Part shown: one piece after another, positions 52,216 through 63,000 of the stretch
Numbering within the stretch: the stretch's first letter is position 1
Layout of the letters: every line of letters begins with the position of its first letter
Assembly: GCA_040954595.2 (NCBI GenBank)
Contig: CM082594.2
Span: 7,150,840 to 7,214,839, forward strand
Direction of reading: 5' to 3'
Source of the DNA: Balanoglossus misakiensis
Taxonomy: Eukaryota > Animalia > Hemichordata
Length of the DNA: 64,000 nt
Notes under the pieces: model-generated
The model's input: only the letters and a program-made list of their open reading frames with translations
Told to the model about the DNA's origin: nothing
Databases searched by the model: none
Made by a program: the position numbers and the translations under genes

Positions 52216-52664
52216 AAACCACAAAGAATTAAAGGGCAGAAACTGCATTGTAGATATCTCTTATGAAAGAGAGCGAACCATTCTCCATGTCATCAAAGTT
52301 ACTGCACAGAGAATGTGTACAAAAATGCTCACATCAGACTTATTCAAACAAGATTCAAGTCCTATAAAAAGTTTATGAACAACTTCCTTATTCTGAACTC
52401 TGGGAGTCTGTTATCCAAAAGCATGGCACTCGTGTGTGACCTATATGTGTTCTAGCACACTCTGTGCCATTGGATAGTGCCCCCTGTGGTGCTCCACGTT
52501 AAATGTAGTCGATAGGACACAAAAGGCTGTCTAGTCCTCACAAAATATTATTTTTAATTTAATTGTTGAGATGTATGTTTTTGTTGATGTTTAGACAGAT
52601 AATTCCAATTTACAAGTTCTGTTTTTTTTTAAATAACTTTATTCGCAGCTTGACATATGGTGCT

Positions 52665-52670
52665 AATAAA
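52665..52670 (+). terminator. Candidate polyadenylation signal of ADAMTS (alternatives at 53439 and 54245)
   Basis: AATAAA followed by T/GT-rich sequence about 1.56 kb after the stop codon. Confidence 0.4.
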
Positions 52671-55499
52671 GTTTTTGTTTAATGATGCACAATGTAGGAA
52701 TATGTTTTACAGAGGAAATGTTCTGTAGCGTAGAATTATATATTTTGTGTACAGTGTTGAGATATTTTGTAACAAATTTCATTGCTGTAATGTTTGGTAT
52801 TTCATCTCTGCCAGAGGAATGTGCTAATTTGCATTTTTGTGCTGAAACACCTGGCTATACATTGGTTCCTTTCCACTTAGTCGTTGTTACTCTCTATGGT
52901 TGTGTCAGTTAATAATTTCACTTGATGGAATGCATCATCCCAAACAATCAACATGTGTACTTAGACTGTTGAATTGTCTTCAGGTCAGAGTGTGCTCCAA
53001 AGGGTCGTTCTGGCGATTCACTTAATTAATTCCAGGTGCACTATTGATCATGATAGCCCCAACTGCCAATGAATAATCAGCATTATGACAAGATATAAAC
53101 ATAATACAGTCATCTTCAGAAATAAGGCCACCATATATTTTTTTTCCAACCATTTTCCTCTCTCCTGTTATGATCATGGCACTTACCTGTACATTCAGAT
53201 CAGCTATCTATTAAACAAATACAGTCGCCTGTAATTTACATAATGCCCATATATGGTCAAAGGGCGTGTCCAAGTCTTCAAACGACCACGTGGTGGCACT
53301 CTTTTTTTCGCACGTTCCACCAACTGAATCAATGAGAAGACATTTTAATGTAGGGTTTAACCACACTGGATAAAATATGTCAATACTCCCCCCCCCCCCT
53401 CCCCCTCCCCCTTGACTCCTACATCATCAGCCTATTGTAATAAATTTCTGTATATACCATGCTGTCAAAATTTGCAAAAGATCAAGAAAGTGATACTTAC
53501 ATGTACATTGTAGAAACGCAACATTGCGCAACGCTCCAGATACCTCAGTTTTATTTCCGCTTGTTTCATATGCAGCGAAGTTACTATTTATGTCGTTTTC
53601 GAGCTTAAAATGTTCTTTTTTTAATCATGTCCAAATTTTTGCTGATGTATACCAGCCTCAGAGTTAAACTGAATTTCATGTTCTATTTACAATATGGAAT
53701 CATTGAGTGCCCCTTTGAGATAATGAGTACTCATTGTTCATTTTAATTGAAAAAAACCTGTATATTTAAAGTATGATAGATTTTCTGTTGCTATCACTTT
53801 TGATGGTTCATAAAAAGTCCTATTTTTTTGTTCAGCGTAATATGCCATACTGAGATGTTCTTGAAACTTATTAACTGCCAATTTGATGTATATGTATACT
53901 TATATATAACAAATATCTTTTGTGTATAAAATTTTCCTCTAACTATGCATTTTACGAACGGGTTGGTACTTGGGTAGTTGGGCGTCTTTTACATTGTAGT
54001 CAGAAGACATTATTTAACAAAGTATTATTGTATATTAAAATTGGAATCTGTAGTAAATTGTTATCGCCTGTTGACTTCGTGATCATCAGTGATTTACATT
54101 CTGACGTAGATGGCGCCCTCGTAAGTGCACGTCTTCCCACAGAGGGCGCTTCATCAGTACATCTGATATTATCGGCATACTTCAGGAACTTCGAAATCAA
54201 TACTCAGTTCGCATTAGAACAAGAAACTGTTTTAATGGATACACAATAAAAATAGTGAAAATATCAAAAGTCAAAGAACCTGTCCCCTTAAGCTAATTTT
54301 TCGTTTCAAATTGAGCAAAATGTTAAATTAGCATGATTTAGGGATTTACTAAACCACTGACCAAACTAAATAGGAGTAGTCAAGGTCATGGTCGAGAGGC
54401 TCCTCAGAAGCTGTTTAGCTATTCATTTTGTTGAGTAAGTCATGAAACGTAGATGAAAATCACAGATATAACAAAAATTTAATGTTTCTGAATTCAAGAC
54501 AAGAATAAATAAATTGAAGTCTTTTTTAGTGGTTTCGCACTCATGAAAATTGAACCACTTTGAATTTAGACATTATCGAAAATTATTGGTTTAAAATAAA
54601 TAATGTTCGGCAATATCGAAAATAGTACGTCACGTCAGAACAACTATTGTGACAGGCAGTTTCAGTTTTTCTCCCAACCTGCCTGTAAATTGCATTAGCA
54701 TCGTTAAAGTTTCCAACTTACAACTATATGCACATGGTAAAACACATTCTAGGTTGTGCATCAGATTTCTGCAACAAGTCGAGACTATTGCGAAAAAAAG
54801 GCGAGAAGATCGTTTACAGTTCGTGACATTTTAAAGAAAAGATCTGAATTGAAAGTTGAGATGGCTCTCTGACGGCTGATCTCTGATATTAAATAAGCAG
54901 TCATGGGCAAGACATTGCGCATGCGGGTTGAAGAAATCATGGCAACACCTGGTCGGCAATTGCCACGATGCCTTTGAAGTACCCATTCAGCAGTGGGGAA
55001 CAACGGCCTTGTGCATTATGTAGGCCTGAGCTACGAGAAACCCGCAACAAAGCAGCAATCAGCGAAATCGGAAACATGGACGAGTCAATAGAGTCAATGA
55101 TAGAGTAATTGAAAGTGCAATTTGAACCCGGGATTAGAAACGGCTCGTCAAGTGTCACTTGTGATTTGGATGGACAACCTGAAGGCATATCCTTCGCGCC
55201 GTGTTATATCATATTTTGATCATCCGATCTTCACGAGAGACTGCAATATATCGAACTGTTTACTGCCAATTGTTGTTGGGGTGTTTTCGACGAGTGTTCA
55301 GCACTTGTCTTCTACTTGACATTTTCATTTCCATATGTACAAACGACACTCAAGTTTCCTTGAAACAGCCAGGTTCCACCTGCGTGTCGTGTTGCCCGGC
55401 CCAACACTTGATAAAAGTGTCAATTTTGAAATTTATTTATTTTTTAATACTCAGCACTCAAAAACACGTACAGCACAACTATCAATGCTTGACAGAATA

Positions 55500-56136
55500 T
55501 TAAAGGAATAAGGATGTCTCAGTGGTTTGTAATGATATTGAAATGTAGGTTGGGTAGTAGCTCTTATGTGCGCACACTGTGAAAACTTTATCTTCTCCTT
55601 CTTTTAATGATGTTCCCTGCTACCAAATTCGTGTAGTCGCAATCAGTCAACAGTCGCACAAACGTGAAATCAAAAATTTCAATAAAAATGTCATAGGTCA
55701 CTATGTGCTCAATCAGAATTATGCGCATGCCCTGTGCGCATTGAATAGCTAAATCATAACCCACACGTGTACAAGCCACGTGTGACGTGTGCGAGCCAGC
55801 CTCTCTGATAAACTACGGAAATAACCAGAGTTCAGGATATCTGGTAAGTTCTCCATAAGTTTTGAGAATTTTCTACACTCAGTCGTCAGGAATGCGCACT
55901 GGACGAACTGTAATTTTCGTTGAATGTCACATGCAACGCCCACGTCCACTGCGCGTCGAAAATTTAGGCAACCAACTAACAGGCACATCGCCATCTGTCT
56001 CGTATATTGGATGTTGCATAATAAGGTGGGTGTTCTTTGACCTCTGACCTACTCACTTTGCTCCAATATAAACGTTTGATTTTTAAAAGTCGGGTAAGAC
56101 TCCCGGGTAAGACTAGAATATCCCATTGCCTTTTAA
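55500..56136. mobile_element. Degenerate TTAA-flanked non-autonomous element (Kolobok-like termini)
   Basis: Left end TTAAAGGAATAAGGATGTCTCAGT and right end ACTAGAATATCCCATTGCCTTTTAA form an imperfect TIR with RR..YY ends and TTAA. Confidence 0.4.
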
Positions 56137-56231
56137 TTTTCGGCGAAAGATGGTTGCATATTGCTTAAATTATAAGTCCACGGGTCAATGGCCATAGACT
56201 AACTGGAAACAACAATATATTAACAAGAAAC

Positions 56232-56393
56232 ACAAAAACAACAAATTTACGGAGTCCAAATATATTTTTATTTCTTTTTTAATATCTAATCGTTATTATT
56301 ATTATCATCAACAAAAACAACAAATTTACGGAGTCAAAAAATATTTTTCGTTTTCGTTCTCTTTTAAAATATCTATCATTACCATCATCAACA
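56232..56393. repeat. ~80 bp tandem duplication
   Basis: ACAAAAACAACAAATTTACGGAGTC...ATCATCA present twice. Confidence 0.8.
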
Positions 56394-56839
56394 CCGACAT
56401 TATATTGGAAATCGAGTTCCCTCTAGTGAAAGTATAATGCAAATGTCCGTAGTGTAGTCACTGGACAAGTTCTCGGTCTGAAATGAAACCTTGTGAAGCT
56501 CACATATGCACAAAAATATAACTGTCAATCAAATATAGATTTTGCCGGTGTTAGACATGAACAACTACAGTTGCACTTCAAACACTGTACAAAAAGTATG
56601 AAAGGTTGCCATATTGCTTTCCGTCGAAATCGAAAGTACTTAATACACTAATAATAATGTTCATCTCCCTTACCCTCATTTCAACATCAGATCCCATCCA
56701 GATATACTACAAACTGCGTAGGAACCATTACAAGAAGGACCCCCATGCAATTAATATCGGCTGTGATGCCACCACTGAATACAAACTCAACAGATGGTAC
56801 CCCGCTTCAAAACATAGCTGACATGTACAAGCCAATCTC

Positions 56840-57006
56840 TTAAGGTAAAGGTTGCAATTTTTGCTCTCGTTCAAAAAAATTTGAATTTTGCACTGTGACC
56901 TTCAATTTTTATTGTTCATTTTTAATAGAGAATAATCTAAAGTTGCCTTGAGCAAAATATGAATACAGTTTTGAGACTTTGATTTTCGAGGCATGTATTA
57001 CCTTAA
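56840..57006. mobile_element. Short TTAA-flanked element remnant (Kolobok-like GGTA...TACC termini)
   Basis: TTAA GGTAA ... TTACC TTAA. The TIR is very short, so support is modest. Confidence 0.45.
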
Positions 57007-57621
57007 GAAGTGGTATATTTCACGAATGTTTCCTTTGATATGACAATGAACCAATATACACTACCCATCAACATACATTTGGCTGAAATTGTTCCCAACA
57101 AAATGACGAATCAGATCAAAGAAGCAAAACAATAACTATTGACAATAATAAGGTTCAAACCCATGACATTTCTCAAAGGTGTGAATTACGAAAACAGCAA
57201 ACACTCCATTTTCGAAAGCTTAAGGACATTTTGGAAACATTTCCGTGAAGTCATTAACGAAGTATTCAAAGTCAATATCAGATTTATGTGTGATTTTTGA
57301 TACATATTGTGTGCAATAAGTGCCAAAATTAATGGTATAAGAAAATACTTTGTTGATGAACTTATGACCATGAAATATATTTTCAGACAAAAATGAAACA
57401 ATAACGAAGTTATGAATCTTATATGACAAAAGTGTACGAGTGCATATTTGTATACATGTATTATGCCTGCAATTTTAGCATTGAGTTGTGGGATATTAAT
57501 TTCTGTGTCAACTTACGAGGTTGTACAATGATAAAGGATTAAATTTACAAAAAAGGGTAATTCGAATTGTACCAATATGGGGGCAAACTGTTCAAATACT
57601 GATATCAGTAGAGATCCAGCA

Positions 57622-57652
57622 TTGGACCAAACCACAGTGGTGAAAGGGTAAA
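57622..57652 (-). mobile_element. MITE family A terminal fragment in GPCR 3' region
   Basis: TTGGACCAAACCACAGTGGTGAAAGGGTAAA. Confidence 0.55.
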
Positions 57653-57765
57653 TGATTTTGTCTCAACTCTGCGCCATCAGGCACGTGACCTCACCTGCGC
57701 AGTGGGCACTTGTCGTTGTTGGGTCTGTCCATCGAGGTCGGGATGCGTTTCCGCGCAGGTTCCTT

Positions 57766-58026
57766 TTAGATGTTAACTTCAGGCGGGGCGGCGTTCTGCT
57801 TGTTCTGCTGGGACAAGTTGGTCTGCGCCGTCGAACGTCCCAGACTACCGACCTGGTTATTTCGTCCCAGTTTGCAGCAGAGCAAACGCTGGAAACCCTG
57901 ACGAAATTGGCTGTTGAAGGTCACGTAAATGATCGGGTTGGAGACGGTACTCAGGATGGCCAGCATTAACTTCAGTGAGTGCAGCGCAGATGCAGACTCG
58001 GCGCTGTCATCTAAGCCAAGGACCTC
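57766..58026 (-). CDS. GPCR exon 3 (ECL3, TM7, C-tail)
   Basis: catcccatag|EVLGLDD...LAILSTVSNPIIYVTFNSQFRQGFQRLLCC...PEVNI, then TAA. Confidence 0.88.
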   Translation of the reverse strand, partial: EVLGLDDSAESASALHSLKLMLAILSTVSNPIIYVTFNSQFRQGFQRLLCCKLGRNNQVGSLGRSTAQTNLSQQNKQNAAPPEVNI

Positions 58027-58097
58027 CTATGGGATGAAGTATACAGAATATAACTAAAAGAGACACCATTTTCATAAGTCGAGCGCCCGCAGGCAAC

Positions 58098-58152
<55 letters not shown>

Positions 58153-59781
58153 TTGGTGACAATCAAGAGCATCGAGATTATTTGGTTTCGATAACATAGA
58201 ATCGCATAACGGACCAAAATGTGTTTTGAATTAAACTAGTGCTCCTTAAAAAAAACTAGGAACGTTTGTCATACCTCTCTGACGAACAGTGCAAAGAATG
58301 GAGCCCAGCACACGGCGAATACAATGACCACGACAATGAGCATCTTCACGACTTTAATCTTCTTCTTGGAGACAGCAGACCCGGTGCTCCCGGCAGAACG
58401 TTCGAAGATGAATCTGGCGAGAAGCAGGTAGTTCACCGAAATGATGACCAGCGGGATCAGGTAGCCGACCACGAAGATGCAGACGGAGTACGTTTCTTCG
58501 AACATCTCCACGATCCCTTTGGAGCCGCAAGCCATGGTGAGGTGGAAATCGGTGAAGTTCTCGGGCAGGGCTATTTCTTCGGAGGATCCCCCGCCGGCGA
58601 GTGGCAAGATGCCTTCGTCCGTTTCTTCGTGGGCATCGCTACCTGTCGCCAGTTTGCCGGCCGTCAGATTCGCACCGTTCCACGCGTCTCCCAAACCGGA
58701 TTCCTCGGACGACGATCCCAGATGGAGTACCACCTTCTCATATGCGGAGTATTCGTAGATCTGTGGGGCCGACGACGCCAACGACAGACTCCAGATGACC
58801 AGTATTGCGATCTTCGCCTGTTTGATGGTGATTTTCTCGTTGGCCGCTTTCAAGATGGCCACTCTGCGCTCGTAAGATATGGCCACCATGGTGTAGATGG
58901 AACTGGTTATGCAGAACAGTGGAGTAAACATGACGATCTTGCAACCCACGTTCCCTGCAGAAATGCAAATATATTATGAATTTGGTTAATGTGTACATGT
59001 ATTGGTTATACAGTATTTCTTGCTATGCAACACTTTCCACATCTTTGTGATTTCAAAAATTGAAGGTGACGCAGTTTTTATGTCCCATATGTGGGAATAT
59101 CGATCGGCCTCAACGCGTGTCACAGATCCGCCCATGACACGTCCCAGACAGTTAAATAGAACGTGTTAAAGAGGACATGCTAAACGTTTTATAACTTAAT
59201 TTCCAAACACCGCTCATGTCGTGGGAATCTGAAATCTGTTAAAAAGTGAGCGCTTCTGTCGCTAATGTTTCATCTTATATGATATATTTCTGCACTCATT
59301 GCCTATGTTATGATAAACACAGAGCATACAGTGACTTCGCAGTGAAATGATCCTACTGTGAGAGACGACAATCAGTACCACATATATTTAAAGACGTTGT
59401 GAAATTTTCGTTCAATATGCAAAGTTGTAGTATTGATAAGCTAAATGGCCCAAACTAAGATACAGCGAAAGACGTGTAAATGAGTACATGAGTCTAACGA
59501 TATTTTACATATTAAATGATGTTCTATACTTAACAGGTATTTGACTTACCGAGTGGCCAGTAGTCGGTGTTCACCATGCTGACAAGCTTCATCGGCAGAC
59601 TAATTGAGGAGTACAAGATATCGCTGATTGCCAAGTTAACCATGAACAAGGACGTCACGCTCTTCATGTTGGGCGTGTAAGCAATAACCAAACAGACCAT
59701 CACATTGCTGATAAAACCCAAGAAGGCTACGACGGCCAACACGGTAATAACCCCGACCGGTAAGTCTTCGGTTGACGTCAT
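57766..59781 (-). CDS. Class A (rhodopsin-like) GPCR, neuropeptide-receptor-like, 3 coding exons (~390 aa)
   Basis: Exons 59781-59550, 58954-58275 and 58026-57766, with GT/AG boundaries and matching phases (1, 0). Motifs: TM1 SN, TM2 NLAISD, ECL1 WPLGNVGCK, TM3 end ISYERR, TM4 W, TM5 YLIPL, TM6 FAVCWAPF, TM7 NPIIY, helix 8 FRQGF followed by CC. Confidence 0.92.
58098..58152. repeat. (CAT)~18 microsatellite in GPCR intron 2
   Basis: Perfect CAT run. It explains the spurious poly-Met ORF. Confidence 0.95.
58275..58954 (-). CDS. GPCR exon 2 (TM3-TM6)
   Basis: tttctgcag|GNVGCK...SSIYTMVAISYERR...KVVKMLIVVVIVFAVCWAPFF...RE|gtatga. Confidence 0.93.
59550..59781 (-). CDS. GPCR exon 1 (TM1-TM2)
   Basis: MTSTEDLPVGVITVLAVVAFLGFISNVMVCLVI...FMVNLAISDIL...YWPL; donor G|gtaagt. 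An additional upstream exon cannot be excluded. Confidence 0.88.
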
Positions 59782-59835
59782 ACTTTGAAATATCGGTCTT
59801 CAAAAAAATAAAAACAACACGATATTCTTTGACAA

Positions 59836-60090
59836 ATGTGTACAGTACAGGCAGACAGGCCTGACAGAAAAATAACACTATACTGATACAGGTAAACCAG
59901 CAGGCAGGTAGACGCGGGGCAAATAGCATGAAAATGATATCTATGTACGGACAGGCAGGCAGGCAGACACGGGCAAATAACACGATGTTGACATACATCA
60001 TTACATGTACGAACAGGCAGGCGGACAGACAACGCGATATTGACGCGAGTATATGTACCAACAGGCGGAGGGACAAGCTAACCAGAGACG
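59836..60090. repeat. Degenerate ~50-60 bp minisatellite upstream of the GPCR start
   Basis: Recurring TGTAC..ACAGGCAG(G)CAGACA...AATAACAC units. Confidence 0.65.
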
Positions 60091-63000
60091 CGTACATGGG
60101 CAAACCCTTGTCTCTGATGATACCCGACTTGTTTACGCATGCACCCAGAAAGGCAAGCTTACATCGAAATTTCAAACGCAAAGTTTCGTTGGACTAACAA
60201 TGTTCAAAGTCTTCACTATAAGAACATCATTCCAAGCTTACCTGGGCCTCTGTGGAATAGAGATGCGCAGAACGACGGATAACAATGTGACTTCTTTCGT
60301 TTACTGCATGACACTTATGATATTCAGTAAAGGGAAAATTACTCCTTATGCGTCCCTTTCACGGGGGTGCGCTGCATAAACCAATGAAATGCGCCATTTA
60401 CTGAAAATGTGGGCGTGACTGAAATTTAGCAATTTTTATGTTGACATGCCCACCCTGAATATTTAACTGACGTACTTACTTCTGATCGCGCAGGCGCGAT
60501 CGTACTGATACGAGGATCAGTTTCGTTTTCAGTTCGTTCTTTTTCACCATTTACATGTAGAATATTATATATGTGCAGTTTGTCTGGAAGTTAATTAGGG
60601 ATCATAATACAGTAGTCTACTGCCATTGAAAACGAAGCAACTTGCTGTGCCCACTCAGTATTGTGATTGCGTTTTTAAACATTGGGTAATTCAGATATTA
60701 CCATAGTTTAGTTTGTAACGTTCGCTTACGTGTAGCATAGCTTTCGTTCTTTCCACTTTTTTCGCTGTACGTTCATACCTTGAGTTCACGTTAGACATTC
60801 GTTCAATTACCGTCTCAATGCCCCCAAACAACTGCCGTCGTCTTAGATCAAACAAATAAGTGGCTATTTGCGAAAAAAGATGCAGTTGTTAGAAAATACT
60901 TTCTTGCGGCTTTGGGCGAATGGTATAGTAAATACATGGCCTTGTAATCAAAGTAATTTTGAAGCGAAGCCACAATCTGCATAATGTAGGCCTCCGGCCC
61001 CTTATATGAATACAGAATCTTGAAGTCGTTCAAGTGACACCGTCCTAAGACTGAATTTGCATTCTATCTCCTTGAAAGCTTGCTGACTAAGGAAATCCGC
61101 CCAAAGGGCAAACTTTGATGACCATGCATGGCATTTAATCTATGGGCTTACAATACAGTGTCGTTTTGGTGGAGTTGTAGATCGCTTGAAGTACTAAGAG
61201 TGCTCAAATACGTGGTAGAGCCGAATATACTAGTAATGATCGCGTGGGATAAACTAGCGTACATTTGCACGACAAATTTGTTTCATCTGGGCAACGTGGC
61301 TGTCTGCACTTGTCACTGACAGGCGGATGTGCTGGACTGGCGCAATTATGATATTAGCAATTATCTTCACATGTTCGATGCACTCGCATTTTGCGCTTCC
61401 GGCCCGTTATACATGGTCAATTTCGTTATACATTGTCACATCTCATCACAAAAACGTTAACAAGGCTACGTATGACGCCATGTGTTCCGTTCAAAGACCA
61501 CGGGCGAACGTTTAATGAGCACACCTGAAGAGGTTCAATGTGGCTCTTGTTATTGAGTGTTAGCAGTCTCTTATCGACCTTTTTTTCTCTGGGCGACTAA
61601 TTAATGAGCTATGAAGTCCAATTATCAGTGAGTCCGTTATTATCACTGGACAGAGTCTTCTGGTAAATCCAGATGTCGCAAACCGTGGTCTTGACAAACA
61701 ACAGCACAGCGGACTACCCGCATTTGCCCGATCGTGTCGCTACTTGGCCTCCCACTTCCAGGGTCGCGCAAAATATATCGAAGTCGGTCATTGGATGTGC
61801 AGATGGTGTAATGTTTATTTCTTGAGTGACATTTATGCCCACAGATCAGCTGTCAAGCAGGACCGTTGTCAACAGGTCGATCTTGTTAAAACATGTCAAC
61901 TTCTTTGCGTTGAAGTTTACAGTTACAGTGCAAGGAAGAACAAAACTGGGGGGGGGGGGGGCTGGTTACTTGGTACGTGCATCTTTATGCTGAGATCACA
62001 TTTACATTTGATACGCGAGCATGACCTTTTTAACCATGTTACACGTTTGTGTTGTTACTGATAAGAAAGGGTTTATTGAAACTATGATTATTTCGGACTG
62101 ATGAACCTTTTGCCAAATGGTTCTGCCGTTGCCTTTGAGAATACATGTCCTCGAGATAATGACCGTGGGTCTTATTTCAAGTAATAGATTGGTATTACAA
62201 AATGTTTAATACGCATATAGACAAAAGACATTTAGTTCACTTGGCCGTTTTCAGTCCACGAGGTAAAACTGATCGAAATCAGCATTATCGCTCCAGGGAT
62301 TTGTGCAAATATCTCTAAGACGAACGGCCTTTTCATGATTGTTAAACTGTCATACTAATATCCAGCGAGGCAATCAGATATAGTGTGAACGCATGGGAGA
62401 TATTACAACAGGGTTATTATCCATTTTATTAATTTGTGCTACCGAACATGGTAACAAAAACTGCTACCTACTGTTATTTCTGTCGATAGTATCAAAGGCA
62501 ATTACCATTTGGATTAAAGCTTCAGAAAATTTCATTACCTGTGCTAAAATTTGGGGTTTCATGAAATCAACGACTGACCCCGTTCTAATCACGCTTTGTA
62601 CTCGTTGTGTCTTTCCAAGATAGTATCGAAACCTTAGTCGCTTCAGCTACATCAATTTATACAAAAAACGAGACATTTTTCATTTCACCCCAGACAAAAC
62701 AATCGTATCTCTGATTACAAATTAATATCAGAAGTAAAATTTAGACGTATGGTATTTCATGTGACATATTCAAGTTATCATCAAACCGCTTCAGGATAAA
62801 CGATTTTGGGGGTAATGAAAAGGAGGAAACAATTTCCATGCTTATTTTATAATAGGCGCAATAATGTAAGGTTTCGTCCCAGCCAGATTGATATACATTC
62901 ACGTGAACTTTTGCGCAAACGACGTCGCACGCACTATCATCATGGTGCACAATGTACTTTTGTGAGGCAAGACCGAGGCGTCGGTCGAACGTGGCACAAT

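Noticed and set aside
57652-57969. 105 aa + strand ORF
   Set aside because: Antisense shadow of GPCR exon 3.
58011-58217. Poly-Met ORF
   Set aside because: Translation of an intronic (CAT)n microsatellite.
58266-58979. 237 aa + strand ORF
   Set aside because: Antisense shadow of the GC-rich GPCR exon 2.
59636-60197. 181 aa and overlapping ORFs upstream of the GPCR
   Set aside because: They run through a degenerate minisatellite and are out of frame with the GPCR.
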